Origin: an uncultured Rhizobiaceae bacterium
Lineage (GTDB): Bacteria > Pseudomonadota > Alphaproteobacteria > Rickettsiales > UBA1997
Reading direction: 5' to 3'
Assembly (NCBI GenBank): GCA_964484785.1
Contig: CAZAFD010000004.1
Coordinates: 1 to 45,393, forward strand
DNA: 45,393 nt
Position numbers and translations under genes: made by a program
Part shown: positions 1 to 9,772 of the stretch, in pieces
How positions within the stretch are numbered: position 1 is the stretch's first letter
How the letters are laid out: the number at the start of each line of letters is the position of its first letter
Notes under the pieces: generated by a model
Databases searched by the model: none
Told to the model about the DNA's origin: nothing
The model's input: only the letters and a program-made list of their open reading frames with translations

Positions 1-776
1 ATACTCAAGGTAAGTTAGCTAGCGTAGGGAAGATTATCAGATACAACAATGAACTTTTTTTATTAGATCCTGTACAATCTAAAATTTTATCTTTTAAAGA
101 TTATAATATAACAACAATTATAGATCTAGTATCATTAATACCAGACAGAGACTATAAAATAAAAACTTTTGCCTTTAATGGCAAAAATTTTTATTTATTC
201 AATGCCCTTGATAATACAATTATCAAAATATCCAAGGAAAATAACCAGAACATTGTAACACTTAAAAATATCCCTCATATTAACGATATGACATTCTTTG
301 AAAATAGTCTGTATTTTATAGATCAATTTAGTCTTAAGCGCATAGATTTACATAATAAGAATGTGATTAAAAATATCGGTTTTAGTTTTTCATATTTGGC
401 GAAGAATTTTACTAAATCATACGATACTTTGTACTTTAATAATATAGAAGAAAGTACACTGGCAAACCAAACTCCTGTTAATATACAAATAGATCAAAAT
501 AAAAATATATTATTTGATGCGCCAAATTATATAAATTTATACGAAATAAAAACAGATAAATTAAAATTTTTAAAAAAAATAAATATAGACAACTATACTA
601 TTAACCTCAACATATCGGATTTAAATAAAAAATATCTAATAGAGGGTAGAATTTACTATAATAATAAAGAAGGTGGCATGATTTTTATAAAAAAAATACT
701 TAACAAAATTAACTTTTCTAATATATGTACAAATAATCAATTAAAAATTGATTTTAATAATATATTCAATTACTAA
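1..776 (+). CDS. Hypothetical protein, 5'-truncated; beta-propeller-like repeats
   Basis: The frame of ORF 288..776 is open back to nt 3 (TQGKLASVGKIIRYNNELFLLDPVQSKIL...). Recurrent 'LFLLD/FYLFN/LYFID' strands resemble propeller blades. It lies 24 nt upstream of the secretin ORF. Confidence 0.6.
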   Translation, partial: TQGKLASVGKIIRYNNELFLLDPVQSKILSFKDYNITTIIDLVSLIPDRDYKIKTFAFNGKNFYLFNALDNTIIKISKENNQNIVTLKNIPHINDMTFFENSLYFIDQFSLKRIDLHNKNVIKNIGFSFSYLAKNFTKSYDTLYFNNIEESTLANQTPVNIQIDQNKNILFDAPNYINLYEIKTDKLKFLKKINIDNYTINLNISDLNKKYLIEGRIYYNNKEGGMIFIKKILNKINFSNICTNNQLKIDFNNIFNY

Positions 777-800
777 TACAATCGGTATAATTGATAATAA

Positions 801-2588
801 ATGAAAATAAATTATAGATTTTTTATGTTAGATTCTTTTCGCATGACAAAAATACTGGTCTCATTGTTTACTATTGTGTTTCTAGCGTCTTGTGAAACAG
901 ATAAACTCGACGCACAACCATTTAAAGACTTGCTATTAAATCCTATTTTAGATGAGGATACAGGGTTACATCAGGATGAACTTTTTCAAAAAAAGCGAAA
1001 AAATCAAGATAAAGAATCAAAATATAAGGACAAGCTTGATTTAACCTCCATAGTTGTACCTCCACAACTACCACCATTGGGTAATGGTCAATTAATATCA
1101 ATATCTGTAACAGAAGAAGTGCCAATTAAAGATATTTTTGTAGAATTATCTAGATTGGCAGATATCGATATAAAAATAGATGCGGACATCAATTTCAATG
1201 TTATATTCAGAGTCGTGGATAAACCTATTGAAATAGTCATAAAAAACTTATGCGAACTAGCTAATTTGAAGTATGAGTACAAAGATGGAATATTACATAT
1301 ATCTAGAGATATTCCTTATTTAAAAGACTATAATGTAGATATTATCAGCACTGACGAACTATGGACCTCGATGGAGGCAAGCTTAAAAAATATTTTAGAA
1401 ACATATAATACATATTATAACAATAATATAGAAAGACTCCGCGCTTTGCAAATAAATGCGCGCAATATATCTGAGGCTCAAAATTCACAAGACGAGAACA
1501 ATGGTCAAGGTACAGCAAGCCAAAATTTGAGTACAACCGATCTTTATTCAACAGAAAACTTCAAACTAGACATAAATAAACCTGCTGGTATTTTAAGTGT
1601 TTATGCAGACGCAAAAACTCATAATATTATAAATGCTTATATTGAAAAAGCCAAGTTTAACTATGGAACGCAGGTTTTAATAGAAGCCAAAGTTGTAGAA
1701 GTTAAACTAAAAAAAGAATTCAGGGCAGGAATAAATTGGAATATAGTAAAGAACAGAGATGTTTTTGTGCAAAATGGTTCAGGAGAAGATGCAAAGATCT
1801 TGAAGGCACAACAAGTAGGAAGAATATTTAACGTAGAAAGCCCAGGCGCCTTAGGACTACGACAAAGAGAAGATCCGGCTGGTTTAGCTGGCATACAGCA
1901 TTTAATTGACCACACAAGACACCTAAGGAGAAATTCTTCTGAAACCAATTTTACAGATTTAAATATAATAGTGGATGCCATGGAAGAATTTGGTACAACC
2001 AGAACCTTATCTAGTCCAAGAGTACACGCTTTAAACAATCAGACGGCTGTTTTAGATTTTGTTACAAAACTAGTTTACTTTTCAGTAGAGAAAGAGGAAG
2101 AAGAAGATACAGAGACTGGTAAAATAACAACCACTTATACATCTACAAAAGAAGAAGCTGAGACCGGTGTTAAACTAAATATTACACCTTCTATCAATCC
2201 TATTACCAGAGAGATTACATTGAAGGTAACTCCAGAATTAATAACTAAAATTGGAGAAGTAGAAGATCCTAATCCAGATATGATGAATGTTGTACCAATC
2301 TTACAAACAAGAAAAATCGAAACTTCTTTAAAGATTAATTCGGGCGATGTGATGGTTATTGGTGGACTAATGAGCGAAGAATCAACAAATGTTGAAGGTG
2401 GTATTCCTGTATTAAGAAATTTGCCAATATTAGGTTGGGCTTTTAAATATAAACAAAAGGCACGAGATATCACAGAAACAGTAATATTTATCAAGGCTAC
2501 AATCGTTGATAAGAATGATAGCCTAAATGATAATTATAGAAATTTCTATCTAAAATATAATACAGACAACGATGATTATATAAATTAG
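801..2588 (+). CDS. Outer-membrane secretin (MshL/GspD/PilQ family), lipoprotein
   Basis: Lipobox FLAS-C (likely start ATG 843), an STN-like N domain, and a secretin domain (QVLIEAKVVEV, TLSSPRV, VMVIGGLM, GIPVLRNLPILGWAF, ETVIFIKATI). Confidence 0.9.
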   Translation: MKINYRFFMLDSFRMTKILVSLFTIVFLASCETDKLDAQPFKDLLLNPILDEDTGLHQDELFQKKRKNQDKESKYKDKLDLTSIVVPPQLPPLGNGQLISISVTEEVPIKDIFVELSRLADIDIKIDADINFNVIFRVVDKPIEIVIKNLCELANLKYEYKDGILHISRDIPYLKDYNVDIISTDELWTSMEASLKNILETYNTYYNNNIERLRALQINARNISEAQNSQDENNGQGTASQNLSTTDLYSTENFKLDINKPAGILSVYADAKTHNIINAYIEKAKFNYGTQVLIEAKVVEVKLKKEFRAGINWNIVKNRDVFVQNGSGEDAKILKAQQVGRIFNVESPGALGLRQREDPAGLAGIQHLIDHTRHLRRNSSETNFTDLNIIVDAMEEFGTTRTLSSPRVHALNNQTAVLDFVTKLVYFSVEKEEEEDTETGKITTTYTSTKEEAETGVKLNITPSINPITREITLKVTPELITKIGEVEDPNPDMMNVVPILQTRKIETSLKINSGDVMVIGGLMSEESTNVEGGIPVLRNLPILGWAFKYKQKARDITETVIFIKATIVDKNDSLNDNYRNFYLKYNTDNDDYIN

Positions 2589-2691
2589 AATTAGTAATAG
2601 CTTTAATTATTGCAATTAATTAAGTAAATGTTACTATATTTGATAGATCTATGTTGATGGTTTGTGATAAATCAAAAATAAAGTTCAAAAA

Positions 2692-3447
2692 ATGAATAAT
2701 TCCGACGTAAGTATTTTAAAAGACGCAATAAGGTTGGTTGAGTCGAAGGTATGCAGAGATTATTTTGAGTTAGAAAATCTTCAAACAAATCATAACGCTA
2801 CCGCTCTATTTGCAAAAAAAACACTGATTTTTTTACAACAAAAGTTTGTAGCATTTTTTAATGAAAAGCGATCAAATTATAATATTTATATTAATGGTTT
2901 AGAAAAAAATATTGACCCAAATAAAAAAAATACTATATACATAGATCCAATTATTGGTATGATGAATTTTATACATTCAATTCCCTATTTTTGTACAGCT
3001 ATCTCAATACAAGAACATCAAGAGAACGATAAAAACAAAGTATTGTGTGGAGTAGTAAATAACTATATAACACAGGAGTTGTTTTATGTAGAAAATGGCA
3101 GAGGAGCTTTTGTTGATAGTCGAATCAATAATATAAGATTACGAACCTCTAAAAGAAATAACTTATCAACCGCTTTAATTGGAGCGAAATATAGTAAAGA
3201 TAAAACATCAATCAAGAACTTAATTAGTAAGTTAGACAATGTCAAAATAAATGGCTGTTCAATATTAGATATGTTATATGTAGCCTCTGGCAAACTTGAC
3301 GCCTGTTTTGTATATGAAAAAAACAAGATTAATTCAGAGCTTGGAGCCCTATTTGTAAGGGAAGCAGGAGGGTTAATATTGGAAAGACAAAACAACTTAT
3401 TAGCAACAAATTCAATTTTATTCCCGCATTTAAAAGAATTATTATAA
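2692..3447 (+). CDS. suhB: Inositol monophosphatase/SuhB family protein, catalytically degenerate
   Basis: N-terminal 'RDYFELENLQ' typical of alphaproteobacterial SuhB, IDP..G..NF, G.GAF, 'LDMLYVASGKLD', 'LFVREAGG'. Confidence 0.8.
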   Translation: MNNSDVSILKDAIRLVESKVCRDYFELENLQTNHNATALFAKKTLIFLQQKFVAFFNEKRSNYNIYINGLEKNIDPNKKNTIYIDPIIGMMNFIHSIPYFCTAISIQEHQENDKNKVLCGVVNNYITQELFYVENGRGAFVDSRINNIRLRTSKRNNLSTALIGAKYSKDKTSIKNLISKLDNVKINGCSILDMLYVASGKLDACFVYEKNKINSELGALFVREAGGLILERQNNLLATNSILFPHLKELL

Positions 3448-3458
3448 ATATAATAGAC

Positions 3459-5177
3459 ATGGAAAGATCACAACTATTAGAGTTAATTAAACAACAATTA
3501 GATTCTAATAAAATTCAAGAAATTAACGTTTTAGATATTACTAAAAGTAGTAACCTAGCTTCTTATATTATAATCGGTACAGGTACATCAAATAAAAATA
3601 TAAATGCGGTAGCCAATAAATTATGTAAAACCTTAAAAGAATTAAATATTAACATTCTAACGGTTACTGGAGAAAATACCGGATGGTTTGTAATTGATCT
3701 AGGAGATATTATTATCCATTTATTTACTCAAGAAACTAGAGAAATATATAAACTTAGTGACTTTTGGACAAAAAGAGTTGAAAGACCACAAAAATTACAC
3801 TTTGTTGGAATCAACGGTAGTGGCATAGCCGGTATAGCCTGTATGGCAAAAACGTTAGGTTTTGAGGTGGATGGTTGTGACCTCAATGAATATGGATCTT
3901 ATTCAGACCAGCTCAATAGATTAAATATAGAAATAAAAATTGGTCATAACGAAAATCATATTACACCAGATACTAATTTAGTAGTAGTAACTCCAGCTTT
4001 GCTATATAAGGATAGATACAAGAGTATTCCAGAACTTGAAAAGGCCTCTCAAGCCAAGAAAATGATAAGATGGCAAGAGTTTTTAGGCAATTACTTAATG
4101 AAAGACAAAGAAAGTGTAGCTGTTGCTGGCACTCATGGAAAAACAACAGTTACAACATTCTTAAGTTTAATACTAGAAAAAGCCGGACTAGAACCAAATT
4201 GTATAATTGGTGGTACAGTAAAAGAATGGAACCAAACCTATAGAGTCGGAAAAAAGAACTTGTGGTATATTGTTGAAGCAGATGAATATGCTGGTAATTT
4301 TCTTTATTATCATCCTAAATATATTTTGTTGAACAATGTAGAAATGGAACATCCAGAATATTTTAAGGATTTTGAGGAATATAGGGATAATTTCAAAAAA
4401 TTCTTATTAAGCGTACAAAATCACGGCAGCATAATCTTCAATTATGATGACAAAAATTCATTAGACATTATTGATGAAATATATGACTCTCTTTTAAAGA
4501 AAGACGTAAAAATTACAGGAATAACCTTTAATAATGAAACAAATAGTGATTTATATAGATTAGTTCATATAGAAAATACTGAGGCAAATAATTTTATTTT
4601 AGATAAACAAATATTTAAGCTTAACAAACTATTTGGCGAACATAATATAAAAAATATGAGCATGGCTACCGCCTTAGCTAAACAACTAAATATACAAAAT
4701 AGTTATATACAAAGTGTTTTAGATGGTTTTTCTGGGGCAAAAAGAAGAATGGAATTAATCTATAATAAAAATCATGTTTGCGTATATGATGACTATGGCC
4801 ATCACCATACTCAGATATACTATACTATCAAGGCACTAAAAGATAAATACCCTAATGATAAAATCTTGGTAGTATTTGAGCCACATCTAGTATCAAGATT
4901 CCAACAAAATTATACAGAATACATTAATAATTTAAGACTTGCAGACTTTGCCATCATAACTAGAGTATTTAAATCTAGGGAAATAGATAAACCAGATCTA
5001 GATATTAATAGCTATCTTCACAATCAAAATTCTATAAAATATATAGACACAAACCCTGAGCTAATAAGGACTATTAAAGATTACATACATTTAAATTCAC
5101 AAGATAAAATACATATATTAGTTTTAGGTGCTGGTCTATCTTATGAATTATCAAGACAAATAGCACGCAGTTTATAG
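3459..5177 (+). CDS. rsfS-murC: Fusion: RsfS (Iojap) ribosome silencing factor + UDP-MurNAc--L-alanine ligase MurC
   Basis: aa 1-103 carry RsfS motifs (VLDI..SNLASYIIIGTGTS, GWFVIDLGDIIIHLF, REIYKL..FW). The rest is MurC (HFVGINGSG, GTHGKTT, VEADE, DDYGHH, FEPH..SR, LGAG). Confidence 0.88.
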   Translation: MERSQLLELIKQQLDSNKIQEINVLDITKSSNLASYIIIGTGTSNKNINAVANKLCKTLKELNINILTVTGENTGWFVIDLGDIIIHLFTQETREIYKLSDFWTKRVERPQKLHFVGINGSGIAGIACMAKTLGFEVDGCDLNEYGSYSDQLNRLNIEIKIGHNENHITPDTNLVVVTPALLYKDRYKSIPELEKASQAKKMIRWQEFLGNYLMKDKESVAVAGTHGKTTVTTFLSLILEKAGLEPNCIIGGTVKEWNQTYRVGKKNLWYIVEADEYAGNFLYYHPKYILLNNVEMEHPEYFKDFEEYRDNFKKFLLSVQNHGSIIFNYDDKNSLDIIDEIYDSLLKKDVKITGITFNNETNSDLYRLVHIENTEANNFILDKQIFKLNKLFGEHNIKNMSMATALAKQLNIQNSYIQSVLDGFSGAKRRMELIYNKNHVCVYDDYGHHHTQIYYTIKALKDKYPNDKILVVFEPHLVSRFQQNYTEYINNLRLADFAIITRVFKSREIDKPDLDINSYLHNQNSIKYIDTNPELIRTIKDYIHLNSQDKIHILVLGAGLSYELSRQIARSL

Positions 5178-5197
5178 ATTAAATATTTGTTTAAAAC

Positions 5198-5226
5198 ATA
5201 TGTACCCTATTGTCTAGGGTACATAT
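5198..5226. terminator. Hairpin between convergent murC and pssA
   Basis: Perfect 12-bp inverted repeat ATATGTACCCTA-ttgtc-TAGGGTACATAT; the U-tract is weak. Confidence 0.6.
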
Positions 5227-5242
5227 ATATATATTTAATAAA

Positions 5243-6100
5243 CTATTTAACGTTTTTAGAACTGCTTCGTGTTTTATTAATCAGAGTATCCTTCTTACTT
5301 CTCTTATAACCAGCGTTTTCTGCTGTCTTGATCAAATTAGAATCGGCTTCTTTTTTAAATTTATAATAGAAAAACCAGCTTATAGCTATTGATAGTATGT
5401 ACAAAAATGCTATATAGGTTATAGTCAACCAAGGTTTAACTATAATAAATATTATAAGAGTACCAAGACAAAGTAAAAGTGGATATTTATATTGAGGATT
5501 AATCTTCATCTTCTTAAAGCATGGAGTTGGTATAGTGCTACCAGCCAAAATAGAAATTACTATCGTGTTAATAATACTTACAATAGGCATATCCAAAAAG
5601 GGAATATCAAACTCAAAACTCATAATCATCGGTAGCATTACAAGCAAAGCAGCCATAGGTGCAGGAATACCTTGGAAAAAATATTTTTTTAACGGATTAT
5701 TATTATCTCCGGAATTCAGATTAACATTAAATCTGGCTAAACGAATAGCCATACACATACTCAATACCAAAACAGGTAACCAACCAATAGTTTTAAATTT
5801 TAAATACTCATCCATCTTCCAAAAATACATAATAAACCCCGGGGCAACACCAAAATTAAAAAAGTCCGCTAAAGAATCTAATTGCGCACCAAAATCCGAT
5901 GCAGCATTTAGCTTTCTAGCTACTCTACCATCTATACCATCTAAAAAACACGCAAATAGAACGCATACACAAGCCATTATATAATTATTAATAATAGCCA
6001 ACCTCACACCATATAGCCCCATACATAAAGCCCCAATGGTTAAGCTATGTGGTATTAATTTTATAATATCTAAATTGATTGCTTTATTTTTTTTTGTCAT
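5243..6100 (-). CDS. pssA: CDP-diacylglycerol--serine O-phosphatidyltransferase
   Basis: CDP-alcohol phosphotransferase motif DGIDGRVAR...FGAQLDSLAD, RLARFN, FQGIPAP; adjacent to psd. Confidence 0.93.
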   Translation of the reverse strand: MTKKNKAINLDIIKLIPHSLTIGALCMGLYGVRLAIINNYIMACVCVLFACFLDGIDGRVARKLNAASDFGAQLDSLADFFNFGVAPGFIMYFWKMDEYLKFKTIGWLPVLVLSMCMAIRLARFNVNLNSGDNNNPLKKYFFQGIPAPMAALLVMLPMIMSFEFDIPFLDMPIVSIINTIVISILAGSTIPTPCFKKMKINPQYKYPLLLCLGTLIIFIIVKPWLTITYIAFLYILSIAISWFFYYKFKKEADSNLIKTAENAGYKRSKKDTLINKTRSSSKNVK

Positions 6101-6114
6101 TTTATTCCCTCTAA

Positions 6115-6795
6115 CTAAAGATTAGCAATTACTGTCTCACCACCTACCATTGTCTGCCCAACCTTGACTATTGGTTTAATACCATTGGGTAGGTATATAT
6201 CTACTCTGCTTCCAAATTTAATTATACCATATACATCACCTCGTTGTACTTCTTGGTTTATGCTTAAATTACATACTATCCTTCTAGCTATTAGTCCAGC
6301 TATTTGGATCACTGGTATATCTAAACCATCACTAGTTGTTATAACGCAAGCCTGGTGTTCATTGTCTTTACTGTATTTATCGTCTGAAATATTAAAAAAC
6401 TTCCCTTCTTTATAATACATCTGGGTAACTTTACCATTAACCGGTATTCTTTGAGAATGCACATTAAACACACTAAGAAATATACTTACCCTAGTCCATT
6501 TAAGGTTTCTATCTACATTTAACTCTTCCGGAGGCGCTACTTCAGCAATAGCATCAACAACTCCATCAGCTGGAGCTAAAATGGTTTTTAAATTGTCTGG
6601 AGCAAATCTATTTGGGTTTCTAAAAAAATATACTATAAATAATGAAACAACAAAAAAGATCAATCCTAATATATTGGAAAGTAAAGTTAGCAAAAACGTT
6701 ACTCCAAAAGATAAAGCAATTATCGAGTAACCTTCTTTATTAATTGGAACTATAACTCTCCTCAATGTCTTTCGCAAATCAAACATAGATTTCAC
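6115..6795 (-). CDS. psd: Phosphatidylserine decarboxylase proenzyme
   Basis: FFRNP, APADG, SIFLSVFNVH, QIAGLIARRI, and the FG-S cleavage motif FGSRVD. Confidence 0.95.
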   Translation of the reverse strand: MKSMFDLRKTLRRVIVPINKEGYSIIALSFGVTFLLTLLSNILGLIFFVVSLFIVYFFRNPNRFAPDNLKTILAPADGVVDAIAEVAPPEELNVDRNLKWTRVSIFLSVFNVHSQRIPVNGKVTQMYYKEGKFFNISDDKYSKDNEHQACVITTSDGLDIPVIQIAGLIARRIVCNLSINQEVQRGDVYGIIKFGSRVDIYLPNGIKPIVKVGQTMVGGETVIANL

Positions 6796-6831
6796 TTATA
6801 AAATTATTAATAAACAAATATGAAAAGATAA

Positions 6832-7416
6832 TTACATCATTTCAACAGTATCATTATTTATACAAAAAAAATAATTCTGATTCATTTTTAAATTTAAATA
6901 TTCACCACCAGTCTCTCCGCCATATATACTCTTTATATGATTTATTAGATAACCAAGAGAACCATGTCCAACAACAACAAGATTTTGTTCGTGGTAATAC
7001 TTATCATAAAAGCGCATTAATCTTTGGATAGCCTCCATCTTAGATTCGCCATCTTCAAATTTAAAATCTAAATCCTTCCGCATTTCATCATAATTCTCAA
7101 AAATATCATAGAACATATTTTTAGGCGTATTTGTATAAATACCAGCGTCTATTGCCTTTAATAAGGGTTCTTCAACTGGTACAACATCATCCTCTAGGCC
7201 AAGAATTTCAAGAATTATTTGCATACTATGCCTAGTTCTTACCATTGGGCTTACAACAAACTTGAACTGTCGAAAGTCCAGTCCCGAGTCAACTAGACGG
7301 TAAGCAATCGATTTAATTTGATCAATACCACGCAGGGTCAATAGAGAAGGATAACAACCTTGTTTAATACCTTTTCTATTATGCATCGTTTCGCCATGTC
7401 TGATAATAAACCACAT
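6832..7416 (-). CDS. Histidine phosphatase (phosphoglycerate mutase-like) family protein
   Basis: RHGET, SP..R, GES, VVGHG. Confidence 0.85.
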   Translation of the reverse strand: MWFIIRHGETMHNRKGIKQGCYPSLLTLRGIDQIKSIAYRLVDSGLDFRQFKFVVSPMVRTRHSMQIILEILGLEDDVVPVEEPLLKAIDAGIYTNTPKNMFYDIFENYDEMRKDLDFKFEDGESKMEAIQRLMRFYDKYYHEQNLVVVGHGSLGYLINHIKSIYGGETGGEYLNLKMNQNYFFCINNDTVEMM

Positions 7417-7421
7417 AATAC

Positions 7422-8126
7422 TTATTTAATTATTGTATATTTACATTCTTCACGTAGTACTTTTAAGATTGAATTTTCTTCTTTTACATTAAAGACAACT
7501 ATCGGCATACTCATATCCCTAGCCAAGGTAAAGGCTGTCGAATCCATAACCTTTAAATTCTTATTAATAGCCTCATCAAATGTTAAACTATCATATCTAA
7601 CGGCATCTTTATATTTTATTGGATCCTTATCATAAACTCCATCAACTTTAGTACCCTTAAAAACAGCATCACACTGCATCTCTGAAGCTCTCAATACAGC
7701 GGCTGTATCAGTAGAAAAGTAAGGATTACCGGTACCAGCTACAAATAGTACAATACGATTTTTTTCAAGATGACGTAAACCTCTTCTGCGCGTATATGGT
7801 TCACATACTTTATTTATTTCAAGAGCAGATAACATTCGTGTAGGAATATCTAATCTCTCTAGTGCATTTTGCAATGTTACTCCATTCATAATAGTAGCTA
7901 ACATTCCTACATAATCTGCATTAGTCCTATCCATTAATTCAACAGGGGTTGAACAACCTCTAAAAAAATTGCCACCACCTATAACGAGACAGATTTGTAT
8001 TCCTTGATTGTAAATATCTAAAATTTCCTCCGCTAACTTCTTTACAGCTTCACTGCTTTGTCCAAAAGCACCCTCACCCATCAAGGCTTCGCCGGAAATT
8101 TTAAACAAAATCCTTTTAAACTTCAT
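7422..8126 (-). CDS. pyrH: UMP kinase
   Basis: KISGEAL, IGGGNFFRG, DYVGMLAT, GTGNPYFSTD, VDGVYDKDP. Confidence 0.97.
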   Translation of the reverse strand: MKFKRILFKISGEALMGEGAFGQSSEAVKKLAEEILDIYNQGIQICLVIGGGNFFRGCSTPVELMDRTNADYVGMLATIMNGVTLQNALERLDIPTRMLSALEINKVCEPYTRRRGLRHLEKNRIVLFVAGTGNPYFSTDTAAVLRASEMQCDAVFKGTKVDGVYDKDPIKYKDAVRYDSLTFDEAINKNLKVMDSTAFTLARDMSMPIVVFNVKEENSILKVLREECKYTIIK

Positions 8127-8209
8127 AGTCTAACAATTAATTGTTTTTCCCTGAAAATGCTAGCATTAAAAAAACAAAAATAAATATCTAAAAAAATTAT
8201 TTTATGCAC

Positions 8210-8238
8210 TTGACTAGCATCATATTTTATGATATAAT
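8210..8238 (+). promoter_or_regulatory. Near-consensus sigma70 promoter for ORF 8301
   Basis: TTGACT-17 nt-TATAAT with an extended -10 (TGa-TATAAT). Confidence 0.75.
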
Positions 8239-8300
8239 GGTTTTAGGTTCCATGAAAATGAACCGTTTTAATAAACTAACAACAATTAATTTAAAAGAAA

Positions 8301-8945
8301 ATGAGTACATCAAATATTAGTGCTAGCTCAAGAAGAGCTCCACAGACATCTATGGTTGGTACACCTATATATGAACATGGTATCAATTTGCCACAATTTA
8401 TCAGAAGAATATGGTCAAATGTAAAGTTTAACTTTAGCACCATGGTAGCTTCTGTTAAGAGATATTTTGTTAAAGCAAAAGATTGTATTAAAGGAAAAAT
8501 ACAAAAAGTAAAACAAAATATGGCCAGGAGAAAAGAAGAAAGAATACTAAGAAGAGAAATACGTAGACAAAAGTGGAAAAATTCTCGTACATATAAATTT
8601 TGCTGCAAAGTTCAAAATTTCTTCAAAAATGTTTGGACTAGCGTAAAGAAACCATTCCAAAGAGGTGGTTTTGTTTATAAATTTGGTGCAGGCGTTAAGA
8701 AACTTGCTTTGAATGTTAAAACTTTCTTTGTACAAACTATTCCTGCAAAGATAACAGCTATAAAGAGAAAAAGAAATTTAGCACGTTTAGAAAGAATGCC
8801 AGGAGAATTACGTCCATTTTTATGCCTAGATTTAGAGCGAGAAGGCAGGATTCCAGCTTTAAATACTCAAGCACAAGAACATGAACTACTAAGACTTGCA
8901 CAAGCAGATCAAGCTTTAGCAACCACACCTGGTTTGGCACGATAA
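8301..8945 (+). CDS. Hypothetical Lys/Arg-rich protein
   Basis: 214-aa ORF flanked by its own promoter and terminator; no family recognised. Confidence 0.75.
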   Translation: MSTSNISASSRRAPQTSMVGTPIYEHGINLPQFIRRIWSNVKFNFSTMVASVKRYFVKAKDCIKGKIQKVKQNMARRKEERILRREIRRQKWKNSRTYKFCCKVQNFFKNVWTSVKKPFQRGGFVYKFGAGVKKLALNVKTFFVQTIPAKITAIKRKRNLARLERMPGELRPFLCLDLEREGRIPALNTQAQEHELLRLAQADQALATTPGLAR

Positions 8946-8986
8946 GCAATACAGCAATTTATAATTAATTATACTAAATGTTACAT

Positions 8987-9018
8987 AAAAACAACTCACT
9001 AATAAGTGAGTTGTTTTT
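8987..9018. terminator. Bidirectional intrinsic terminator (ORF 8301 / rph)
   Basis: AAAAACAACTCACT-aata-AGTGAGTTGTTTTT, a 14-bp perfect stem with A/T tails, between convergent genes. Confidence 0.85.
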
Positions 9019-9046
9019 GACAATTCCAATAATAACTAAGATAGAA

Positions 9047-9772
9047 TTATGATAGAACATTAAGTGATTCTTTTTGTTTTTTAATAAGTTCGTCAATTCC
9101 ATTACTAGCCAAGACGAACAACTCGTTAAACTTTTGAAAGGAAAATGGTGTTTTTTCAGCTGTTCCCTGTATTTCAATTAATTCATGTCGATCGTTCATT
9201 ATAAAATTGATATCACACTCAGAATCTGAATCTTCAGTATAATCAAAATCTAATACACACACATTTTTATATATTCCACAGGAAACTGCGGCAACAAAAT
9301 TTTTAATCGGATTAATTTTAATCTTTCTTTCCTTTATTAGACTTTGTACAGCTAGATAAAGAGCCACAAAACCACCTGTAATAGAAGCACATCTTGTACC
9401 TCCATCAGCTTGAATAACATCACAATCTATTATAATTTGACGCTCTCCCAATTTAGATAGATCTAAACATTGGCGTAAGGATCTACCAACTATTCTTTGT
9501 AGTTCAATAGATCTACTATTAATTTTATCTTTATCTCGCAAGAGTCTTTGTTCTGTCGCGCGTGGCAACATACTGTATTCAGCTGTAACCCAACCATGTC
9601 CGCTTCCCTTTATAAAGTGCGGTACCTTTTCATCAATACTTGCTGTACAGATAACTTTTGTATCTCCAATGCTTATTAAACATGAACCTTCTGCATATTT
9701 ATTAAAACACGGTATAATATCTATAGGTCTCAACTCATTAATCTTTCTTCCGCTAGGTCTTAGCATTTCCAT
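9047..9772 (-). CDS. rph: Ribonuclease PH
   Basis: AEGSCL, GWVTAEYSMLPRAT, DCDVIQADGGTRCASITG, EIQGTAE. Confidence 0.97.
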   Translation of the reverse strand: MEMLRPSGRKINELRPIDIIPCFNKYAEGSCLISIGDTKVICTASIDEKVPHFIKGSGHGWVTAEYSMLPRATEQRLLRDKDKINSRSIELQRIVGRSLRQCLDLSKLGERQIIIDCDVIQADGGTRCASITGGFVALYLAVQSLIKERKIKINPIKNFVAAVSCGIYKNVCVLDFDYTEDSDSECDINFIMNDRHELIEIQGTAEKTPFSFQKFNELFVLASNGIDELIKKQKESLNVLS

